In this document: piece after piece, positions 42,601-54,400 of the stretch
How positions within the stretch are numbered: the first letter of the stretch is position 1
Layout: each line of letters starts with the position of its first letter
NCBI GenBank assembly: GCA_964035545.1
Contig: OZ037765.1
Location: forward strand, 23,001,504-23,065,503
Origin: Bugula neritina
Taxonomy: Eukaryota > Animalia > Bryozoa
DNA length: 64,000 nt
Direction: 5' to 3'
The notes under the pieces: model-generated
What the model was told of the DNA's origin: nothing
What the model saw: only the letters and a program-made list of their open reading frames with translations
Database searches by the model: none
Made by a program: the position numbers and the translations under genes

Positions 42601-44046
42601 CGCTGTACAAATCGTGACCAAGAAAACTAATCACAGCATTCACAGCTGTCAGGACATAATGCTGCAGCATAGTTTAGTGTATGATTCATTAGACCATACA
42701 GCTTTTCCATTTCTCAGTGACAGTGACATAAGGAAATGTGCTCAGCAACGAATTGGTTAATTAAACATCAACAACATTTTACAGGATTTTATATTCTGAA
42801 GCCATTAGGCTATATTATTTATACATGTATATTATAATTATTCTAGCATATTGTAACATTCTATTTTGATGAAACCACATACTAATTATACATTTTATTG
42901 AAATCAAAAAGAATTCATGAACTTTGTCAGATCTGGAATTTAACTCTTGTTTGATCAAAACAACTCTTATTCGTTATGCAACTAATCCTCGTAAACAGAT
43001 ATCTTTTTGAAAAAGCTGTTCCCAATCCTCATCCATCAACACCAGTATGATGTTTTTAAGCTTGAATAATCAAACCACCATGAATGTTTAAATTACATGT
43101 TTATGGCTTCTCTTTCTGTGTAGATAACAATCAAAATATCAAAAATATGATAATGACTGCCAGTTTTTATCAATAGCTCAAACATAAAAATACATTATAA
43201 AACATTACATAACAAAAAAATAAACGTATGTTGCTCTGAATATCAAAAATGGTTCAAGACCAAAATTATTAAACTGGCCTAAACTGAATTTTGCACCATA
43301 AACTTCCATATTTTTGGTATATCATCATGAATTAATACTGAAATATACATTTAGAGTAGACTGTAAAGTTATGAATTCATTCCAATGATTGTAGTTGTTG
43401 AGTTTTAGCCACAAAACATGAAGGAACATGCTGCTATAAGCATCAAGCTTACCATGTATTCTTTTATTCTACTTCTCTTTCAGTTTTCCTTTAAAGAGTA
43501 ATGAAAGTCAATGGTTGTCTCCAAGGTGATGCTTTTAGCATAAAAACTAAAATGTTTTGCATTGAGTTTAGCTTCTTCGCGTCATCTTATATACTCACCA
43601 AAGCTGTAGCATGTATATAAAATACAGGCTATGGCGGTTGAGAATAAATGTTAAATTGTGTTCCCATGCATATGCTTTATTTTGCAAGTTAAATATTTCT
43701 ATACAGTTTATAAACTGGAATGTTTAAATTTTATACTTATGCTCCTCAAACTCAGACTTAACATTATAAGGTGTGGAATTAGATAGTAAAGCTTCTTATA
43801 CTGTGTTACAAAATGACAAAAATATGCAGCCGGGAGTTATTGTAGGGCCACACGACGCGGGTTTCCCTCATGCGGGTCCGTATTTTTGTAAACCCATCCC
43901 GGAAACAACCTGCCACACACAATGCATGGGTTGTGAATGTGGAAATTTATTAGCTAATGACTTGTACCTTAACTTTACTGCTCACCTATGGAGTGCCAAA
44001 CAGTAAAAAAATGGCTTATTATTGCATCTCGGTGACTAGTCAATAT

Positions 44047-44098
44047 TCCGAAGGCCCATTAGTCCGAAGGCCCATTAGTCCGAAGGTCCATTAGTCCA
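44047..44098. repeat. 16-bp tandem repeat, about 3 copies
   Basis: tccgaaggcccattag units. Confidence 0.9.
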
Positions 44099-45364
44099 AA
44101 AATTAGTAGACACATGATAGTAAAGAGCATCCTCACTGAGAATATCATTGATTTCACTCACAATCTAGTTTAAGTTCTTGCTCTGTTAATGTTAATGTGG
44201 GTGGCATGCGTGTTGCCTACTTGCGATTGTTTAGCCTGAGATTGCACTATGACCAGAAAACAGCTGCCACAATTAGGGCTGCATCATCTATCAACATTTC
44301 ATTATGGCTGCTTTATAAACAAAGTACACAGCAAGCTATTCACTAGCCTGTCAGCTAGCAACCCTGTAATTAGTATGTACACATCAGTATCTTCTCATCT
44401 CTAAGTGTTCACTGAAGCATGAAGTGCTGTGCAATGATGATAACTTAAGGAAAGGTGTGCACCAAAAACAATATATCGCAAAACTATTAATAATTACAGT
44501 AACATCATGTTAGAACTTTTACTGAGTTCACTAGGGTAATTTTGTAAGGTGCACAAAGTGCTCAGGCTATGTGTGACAGCCGATTACAATTCTTTTCTTC
44601 CAAGTCTGTATCAGATCATGCTTACAAAGTTTAATGAGTTGTTGGGAGGGTTTACTTGAGATATTTATGTCGATCAATTATTTTTAGTCAGAACTCATAA
44701 GTTATAATCATTGCTTAATGAGTTTTACAAACATCAGTTTGTTTTGAAAACTTAAAACTCAACACAAATATAAAGTAACATCAAACTAGATTTTTGTTTT
44801 TATTATATCACTAAGCAGACTTCTCAGAGCATGTATACAATATCTTTATTTAGAAACTCATGTCTTACTAAAATTCTGGCGATTTTCAATACAATTATAA
44901 TAATTCAAGTGTAAAATGCAAGAATCAAAAGTGAAAAAATAAATTTATGGAAAACTAATAACTTGTGAAAAATCAAGACTGTTAGGTATGTAATTTATAT
45001 TTTATAGTATTATAATATTTTGTAATTTCATAATTTTCTATAACACTTTTTCCATTACAATGCAAACAATTTCTGTGTATAACTAATAAACACAGGAAAC
45101 TTGTGAATTATGAGTTTAACTATCAACAAAATTTAAAATACAAAATGAAAAATATAATAAAAACTAAGTGTGCCACAGCATTTCACACTTTGTTCAATTT
45201 CAGTCTATAGGTACTTCAGTATAAAATATCTTATTCAGATCCCACGCATCTAAAACCAAAAATGTATAATGTGGCTGTATAGGTGTCTCTGTCATATTCA
45301 AACCTGTTGGCTCATTTTATAAACTAACAAAGTTTTCATGTCTAAAATGCATCCAATTCCACAC

Positions 45365-45477
45365 GTGAGTCTAGAGGTAAGTCTGTAAGTCTAGAGGTAA
45401 ATGTGTGAGTCTAGAATTGTAAGTGTGTGAGTCTAGAGGTAAGTCTGCGAGTTTAGAGGTAAGTCTGCGAGTCTAGA
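45365..45477. repeat. 20-bp tandem repeat (~5.5 copies) starting at the PKG stop codon
   Basis: Unit gtgagtctagaggtaagtct; the PKG TAG lies within the terminal ctaga. Confidence 0.9.
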
Positions 45478-48400
45478 AGCCTTGATCCCAGCCAGACATG
45501 TCATCTGGTGGCTCCTCTGAGTCATCTTCTGGATAATCATCAAAGTTTCTCATATCAGAAGGTGACTGGACCTAAAACAGTGTCATATTATGTATACAAT
45601 ACATAACAGGAAGAGCAAAGTATATACTTGCTGTACACCATCTTAGTCCCTGAATGGCTAGAGCTGCATATGCAGCTCTGTGAGGTTGTCCTTTTAGAAT
45701 TTAGAAATTTTTTTACGTAAATTAATTGAAACTGCTGCTTTTTTAAGTATCAGTTAAAAAAAATTCTGTAATGAGTGAGTCTTTTCAAGGGTACAGATTA
45801 AAGTTCTTCTGTTATTGTGTTAAAATTTTAAATACTATTTTTAAAAAAAATTGTTTACGATTAATGCAACGCAACCATGTTACTAATTAATTTAAAAATG
45901 ATAAATTTAGTTGGTTCTCCATATCAAACAAATAATATACATTATATACTGCTTGCATGTAGACTAAACCAGTAGGTATAACATACTAAATATAGCCTAC
46001 AGACAACAAAGAATAGAAATCAGATAGGGTATTGGAGGTGTGATTGATCAGTGTGGTGTACTCACAGTGGGAACATATGGCGTTGGCAAGCTTCTGTTGT
46101 GCAAGCCACTCCAGTTGAAGCCCTCAAACCATTTGTGCTTTTGCACATCTTTCACTCCAGCCCCGCCATAACCTAACCTTTCACTAGGAATTTCTCTGCA
46201 GAATATCAAATCAGAGATTAATTCAGTTACGATATTTCATTTACCAACAGTATTGTTATCAACTATAGACATAACTGCAAAAGCAAATTCAATATTACAT
46301 AAGCCAGTAATGCAGAAACAATTCAAAGCTTTAATGATTGTTTCATTTTTTACAATATTTGCAGTACGTTATACAGCGACAACAGCTATTTTTCTAATAT
46401 GGTTTTACAACAACCCACGCATATAAATACAAACTGCATTAGAATTAATTCATTATTACATCGACTTGAAATTAATAGAAGCTTCAAAGTGCAAACCAAC
46501 AACATATAATATTATTTATAAACAATTGGATGGAGTTGGTGTCACACAATAATCTGTTAGGCACAAACCAAGTTTAGTCACATCTCAAGACATTACCTTT
46601 TGTAACTAGGACCATCCACATACTTTAATTTATTTTCAGGGCTGTTGCGCAATAGTTTAGAATCTAATCGAATTAAAGATAATTTAGACTTGATTTTATT
46701 TGAACCAGAAACTCTGGAAGCATTAGGTTCAGCTGATAAAGTATGTGGATGTTTCCATGCAACAACTACACGTTCTCGAGGGTTTAATCTAAAATACACG
46801 TCAAAACAAGGTAATGACCTAAGATTTTATTTTTAGATTATCATTTAGATAATATAGAGAACTGATTTTAGTTAAAGATCACAAGTTGTGTGACATTTAT
46901 AGAGTTGAACTTACCGGCAAAGACGTTTGATGAGACTTGTGGCATTTCGAGATATTTTCCTAGGAAAGTCTATAGAATCTATTCCTCGGAGAATCATGTT
47001 GTATGTTCTCATTGGATCCGAACCAGTAAATGGTGGGCTGCATACATTAATTTACAGTGAGATGATAAAATGATGCATTATTCAGTACTACTATCATAGA
47101 AACAAAACAAATATGAGTCCAGATATAGCCTTAAGAATTATTTAAGTTTTCGATGAGTTTTTGATGCTTATGGGTATTTAAAGTAATGTTGAAAGAATTT
47201 TAAAATTTTACTCAACTTTAGCTCTCCAGTTTTGTCGAATATAATTGATTTGAAAAGGGCACTTTTTATAAAATGAAAATAAGACAGATATAATGGTGAA
47301 ATGTGGTGTTGCTTGTCGAATTGGAAACAAAGCATGCAGATCTTATAACAGATCATTAGATACTTGCAGTGATTACACATTTTATTTTTCTCATTTCTAA
47401 ATACACAGAGTTCAGGTATTACATGGGCCCTCTGCAGAAGACACTTTTGAGCAGTTCTGGTATAAATAAACGAAACTTTGTTTATTTCGTACAGCACATG
47501 CTAATCTAACATAAAGAGAAGCTACAAAAAACTTTGTTTTTCCTTTTGCAACAAATAGGTTATGCATGTATGTGTATCGTCTTTATAAAATTTTATAAAA
47601 TTACAACACAGCTAAGATAATATAAATGTAAAAATGTTTTAACAAACCTACACATTAGATTTTGATAAAACTTTTTTGCTCGCTATGTATTCCTCACCTT
47701 CCAGTAAGCAGTTCAAACATAAGTATTCCTAGAGACCAGTAGTCTGCTGCGAAGTCGTGTCCCTTGTTTAGTATGATTTCTGGAGCCACATACTCTGGAG
47801 TACCACAGAATGTCCATGTTTTCATGCTGTAACCAATTCTCTTAGCAAAGCCAAAGTCGACCTAAACAGTAATAAGTTATACTTTATATTATTAAATCAA
47901 ATAATGATTGCTCATAGTCAAAATAGCAAAATATTATATTATTATACTAATTATGATGCAATGGCACTTTTATTTTCAAAAAGTTAACCATAAATATAAA
48001 CAAACTTTTACTGCTAGTGAAGTAGCAAAAGAAAAATATGTTTACCAATTTGATGTATCCTCGATTATCGAGTAGCAGATTTTCAGGTTTAAGGTCTCTG
48101 TAGACGATGCCTCGGCTGTGGAGGTAAGTAAAAGCTTCGACAACACATGCTGTGTAGAATCGTGCAGTCGGATCATCAAACACTTCTTTATCTCTGAGAA
48201 GAGTCCAAAGTTCACCTCCAAGACAAGGTTCCAGCAACATGTAGAGATACTTCCTGTCTTTGAACGTCCTGTAGCATCTAAACAAAACAGTTTTACTACT
48301 CAGTTTCTCAAAGTAAAACACGCAAAGTTAATTTGACTTGGGAAAATCTCTATTCAGTCAAAATCCATAATACGAATGAGCACGAACACACACACAGACA

Positions 48401-51400
48401 CACCTACAGACACACACACACACAGATACACACAGATACACACAGATACACACAGGCACAAATACACATTTGAAGCACTTAGGCAAGCAGACTAAGTGTA
48501 ACTAAAATTTGCTAATTCTCCAAAGTTTGCCAGATGTTGATCACATCTAAAAATTATTTATCTCAATTATTGTACTCAAATGAACGCATCAGCAATGCTG
48601 GCTTCACTTACTTGACTATGAAATCACAAGAAGCCTCACTCATTATTTTCTTTTCATTCATAATGTGTTCCTCTTGCTTAGTCTCTACAATATGGGCTTT
48701 CTTCAAACATTTCAGTGCATATGTTTTACTTTTATTCTCGTTCATTTGCACCTAGCAATCAGATATTAATTATACATGTATTTTTAGTTCCAAATTAAAT
48801 TCGTTATCTTAGGCCATCACACTAATTAGCTATGCTAGCAAATCTGCATGCAATACGTAGTTGAGAACACACTAACTATACTTATAATCAACTAATGAGT
48901 TGTGTCGTTGTTAATCTATACCGACCAGCTATAGATTGAGCATTATATGATTCTAGTAGAACTAAAAATAAATACTTATATACAAGGAGCAACTCTGCTA
49001 ACATTACATTACAGATACATTAAAGACTGTTGCGAAATAAATGTTTATATTATAATAAACATCATATAATTTACACAAATAGTTTTGCAGCACAGCTAAC
49101 TACGTATATCACTGGTTAACTTTCTTTACATAGATGTTAGATATTATCTTATGGTATACTAAGAATATGCTTTCGTTTCTTTTGCTAACTTTATGTTGAC
49201 CTCTCATTGCTTATAACATGTATTCAGTGGCAATTGTCTGTATACATTTACATACAATTATATATAGAATGTAGATGTTAGCGAACTTTATAGTAGAAGC
49301 CTTGTGAAGTTCATCGCAGCTTGCTATTTAACACACGCTCCCTCTATAAGTTAGCTTCACATTAACTGCACTTACCAATTCTACCCGGCCAAACCCTCCC
49401 ACTCCTAGGGTGGCAATCACTGTAAAGTCACTTAGTCTTAAGGAGGCAAATTCTTTCGCCACAACATGCCTGTAACAAACAAATAGCCGTGATGCATGTT
49501 GACCGTCTATTCATATATAACAAACATTTAGTATTTGTATAAGTATTTCGTAATATTGTTTTATCACTCTATGAGTATATCTTTGCTAAAAAACTATAAT
49601 CAGCAAACCGTGGAGAAGAGTTTATGTTTACTTTTAGACCTTGACATTTACAGTTGCATCAAATAGTTCCTTAATCCATTATTCATGATAGGCAGAAACA
49701 GCTGTAGCAATAAATCTTACGTGCTGGGCATGCCGTCAGGGTAGGCTTTTTGGATGTCCGCTATGTTACTTATAAGTTGCACGTAGGAATCTCTGTCTAT
49801 GACAAGGCAGTCAACACCCTCAGGGTCGTCTGCTATTATATTTGCGGTCCTCACATCCTCTCTATAAATACAATTATTATACTCATCCTTTACTCCATTT
49901 TTCTGATTAAATGTATATATTTTAATTTACCTATATACCACTCATTTGCTAGCTTGCCACTTTAACTATTACCTCCAATGAAACAAACAAACATACACTA
50001 TGATATTATGTAATTCTATTAATTAGATTTATTATTTTAAGTGATTTATTCAATATCCATTTTGAGAAATTGAATTTAGTCTTTCCAAACCTTTGCTTAT
50101 TAAAAACTTCATGTGCCATGGTTTGAGCATTTTTTATAATTTAAAATAACGCATGAGAAACTAGTTGCCTTTGCACAGACTCCGGCTGCTTTTAGTTTAG
50201 ACTAATTGTTTCGTGTGGAAACACTGATTCCTGTTAGTATTCGATGCTTCACTTCAGTTAAGAGAAAAACTTGAAATGGCTGTAAAGATTGCTGTTGCGC
50301 TTTTCTTTTGCAAATGCCTGCACATTACTTTAGCTTGCAAATTAAATTCACATTCTAAACAAAATCTGGCTCTTTATTGACAGATGCATAAAGTTGTCCT
50401 ATATATATATATAACAGAGTATGCTGTAGTCTGCAAAATTTAAACTGGCTGCTCAATAATATTGAATAACCCACCTGCACACACATAAAACAGCAAGAAT
50501 AATCAGCTAGATTAACATTTTATTACCAACACATACAATCTTATTCACCTCGTAAACTATTTTTAATTAATCTAAACTATTTATTATCTACTTGTACATG
50601 TACTGGCATGAAATGTTTTATTCCTTTTAGCACTTAATTTTTTTTATAACAATAGAAGATTGTTGTAGTTAAGCAGCTGTTTTAATAGTTGATTACATCT
50701 CATTACTCACCCTTGTAGTGCTTTTTCACCAAAAAAGTCACCCCGCTTTAAATTTCTTATGAAAGCAGCTTCTTCGCCATTTTCAGCTTTTCTGGTAACC
50801 TTCACCTTAAAGCATAATAATATTTTACTATGGCTGAAAATCGCATTGCACGTCAGCAAAAGTAAGATAATATTATATGGGCACACCATGCAATATGTGG
50901 TGCCACTTGTTGATGAATATAAAATAACATAAAAGAATTTGCAAACCAAAAAGCACTTATATTTACCTGTCCTTTAGAGATGATGTAGAATGTGTCTCCT
51001 CTGGCATCTTGTCTGCAGATGTAGTCTCCATTGTTGTAGTGAGCTTCCTCTAAGACGTCTGCTAGCTTGCTAATTTTATCATTGGTCAACTCTTTAAATA
51101 TTGGCACACTAAAAACCACAAGTCTGTATGAACATGTTGCAAGAAAAAACTGCCAAGTACATAAAGTAAGAGAATTAACTTTAGCCTGTTGTGATGATTT
51201 TGTGTTTTAAGTTATAGAATATTAATACTTTTTATTAAATTAATTACCCCAAATTATTTCAAAGATATTACATATTACAGTCATCCAGTCTTTTGCTAAC
51301 AGAAATAGTAAATCGTAACCAAAACTGCAATCAGTAGTGTTATATAGTTTGTCTTTAAACATAATAAATTCATTCCAGACCAAATAGTATAGCTTAAACT

Positions 51401-54400
51401 AATCTATTGTCTACAGCTCTGCAAATCTGCAGGATGTAGTACGTGGAAAATATTTACAGAATACAACATTTAAGAAGAAATAGCTGTTGTCTCCAAGTGC
51501 TACCTGGAACAACTGTACTCAAGCAGAGACAATCTTGTTGAATGTGAAAGTTTATGATGCGGACTAGTGAGAAATGACAGCTCATTTGGAGATTGATGCT
51601 CACAGCGCAGCTGGTCATATCTTTCTAATAAGTCAATGCTGTCCCTTTCATATCTATGACAGTGTTTGTCTGAGGCAGGGTAGGTTAAAGCCTCACTCTC
51701 ATCCACTACAGTAATTGAGCCATTTATATCATTCACATCAAAGCAAGCGTGAATGTCAGTAACTGGTTGTTTACGTAATCGAGATTTCTTCTTATTTCGT
51801 TCTATTACAAGAGGTAACGTAAACTCAGCATGCTGTGTAGGTGAGGCAGGAATATCCTGTATGCAAACTGAGAGATGCACATCTGAGTTGCTCCTAGTCA
51901 CGGCTGGTATCTGGTTACCAGGTTTTGTGCTTACTAAATCTATTTTCAAAGTCGGCAACGTATCTTGAGATCTTGCCAGACATCCCTTTGACGGTGATAA
52001 TACTTTTGGCATCGCTTCCAGATATCCTACAACCTTGTGTATGACTTTGCTGTTCACGGAAAATTTGGAGTCAGAAGAAATCACAAATCTTCTTGTTACT
52101 TTAGAGTGGCAACATCGTATGAGCAAACCTCAGAGAAAATTATCCATTAATAAGTATTGTTCAAGTTTCACAGTGTATGAAAACTACTGTGTTTCAGTAC
52201 TCAGTTGAATGATGACTTGCTCATAGGCTGCCTTTATACCGTCTGCAAGGGAAGCTTGCTTGCTCCCTAATTAACGTGTAACTTGTGTATGATACTTGTA
52301 AGTGAAGTTCAAGGTAAAAGTAGATTAGAAACTGGTTGGAATGATTATGGCAATCTCGTAATTATTACGTCATGGCACATTAATTAGGAGGGCTTACAGA
52401 TTAGCTAGGTCAGAAAATTAGCATACAGCTTGTGTAAAATTATGTAATGCTATAGACTGATAGAAGAATTGCTCATTGACATTTCATAATAGCTTCTCAT
52501 TTACAAACAAACTTTTCTATGTTAGTATATATTTATAACTAAGACTTAATTTTTGTTTCACATCCTTTGATCATTGAGAGTTACATCAGCTATACATTGG
52601 GGATAACTCCAATACTAACAAATTAACTGCATAATTGTAATCAAGTATATTATTGGTCGTAGTAGATCATAATCTTGCAGCTATAAATGAAAGATTACAC
52701 TAAAAAGACTAACTTGAATGCATTGCTGATTTTGCTATATGTACAGTGAATATTTTTTAATTCAAAGTGTTTTCATGGCAAAAGATATTTTTATTCATCA
52801 GTGCTTGCTTAAGAAATCTCCACCAAACAACATCACATGCAGCTGTTTATAAAGCAACTCAGCGTCTTATTCCCATTAAAATAATAATATAACATAAATT
52901 AATGTATTATAATTATTTAGTTATTTATTTACTGGATATTTACAGTAAGGCCTATTGTTATGTATTTATTACTCTTTGCTATTGAGGTTTCTTTTTACTT
53001 TCAATTTTTCTTTAAATTCAAAGATCCGAGTTGGAGTCTAGAGTGTGTTGTGACTTATAACCTATGGAACACCATTAACTTTAAACAAAACCTTAAAATC
53101 TATCAATCTGAATTTGTTATGGTTGAACTGACTGCCAATTAACACTTTTTTACTTGGTTTTGGTTTAGAAAAAAAAGCTTTTATAAGTTACTTGCAAGAG
53201 TTGCCTTCTTTTATCTCTGCTGCCTAACCACATGATTACCTGGTCAGGAACTCCGTGTATTCTTGTTGTTTCTGCATTCCAGTCTCCATCATAATGCTTT
53301 GAAAGCATGGCCTGTCGATGGCCCATAGTTTGCACTCTGTCAAGGCTAAAACACATCAAATCAGTAATCGGTAATAATGTTTATACACACACACACACAC
53401 GCACACACGCACACACGCACACACGCACACACACGCACACACGCACACACGCACACACGCACACACGCACATTATATGTGACCTGGCACCACAAAACAAG
53501 GGATGTATATAAAATGTATAAAACCTAGTTATTACTATGAAGTGATAGAGCAGAGTTTTTCAAACATTTTGCACTTTATTTGAAGTCTCTAGCATAAATA
53601 GAACTCGAGATATCAGTATTTAAAAACTTTACCGTTTTTAGAATTTCTAAATTACTGTTTCGAGAAAATCGCGTTTAAAGTTGGCAACTCTAGAATAAGT
53701 TGATAATTATTTGTTTACAATTTACAAACCTTAGCAACGGGTCTTTGTATAAAAGAAATAGTGACAAATTTGGTATCAAAATAATTGTGAAAGTTTGGGC
53801 TTTCTGTTAAACTAAATTTCATGCTGCCTCAACATAAAATTAGGTCAAATATGGCCGCCAAACTTTTTGTCCAATCTATTTGCCAATTTGCTTTTTACTT
53901 TGTTTAATGGTTGAAAGGTTTAACAATTCCAGCAAAGAAGAGGATGTTTCAGCAAGTTTGTGTGTTGAAATATTTAAATTAGGCATCCAAGTCAGCAGGA
54001 AGTAATATAAAACAAAATGGCAGCTGCTTCCTCTTATACATTGAATATCTCCCTTTCCTCTAGTATATTGTGTAATATATCAAACTGCAGCTATTGAGCT
54101 GTGCTGTTTCATAATTATTGCTTAATGAGTAGAACACTTATTAGAAAATTATTTGACTATTATGAGATCATGCGAGGTTCATTCATAAATATCTTTATAA
54201 TCTCTAACGGCAACTAAATTTAGCAATTGATTTGGCTGAGATGTTGAAAATATAAACATAAAATTAGCTATTAGAACTTTTGAGTTTTATTAGGCATTTT
54301 TATTCACATTTATAACATCAAATACATTATTTTAAAAAACAAATTAAATGCAGATAGATAGATAGATACAACTATTATGCTTGAATTAACTTTTATCAAG

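Noticed and set aside
53165-53359. [13 protein letters not shown]...
   Set aside because: Wrong-frame reading of PKG exon 4 (53345-53240).
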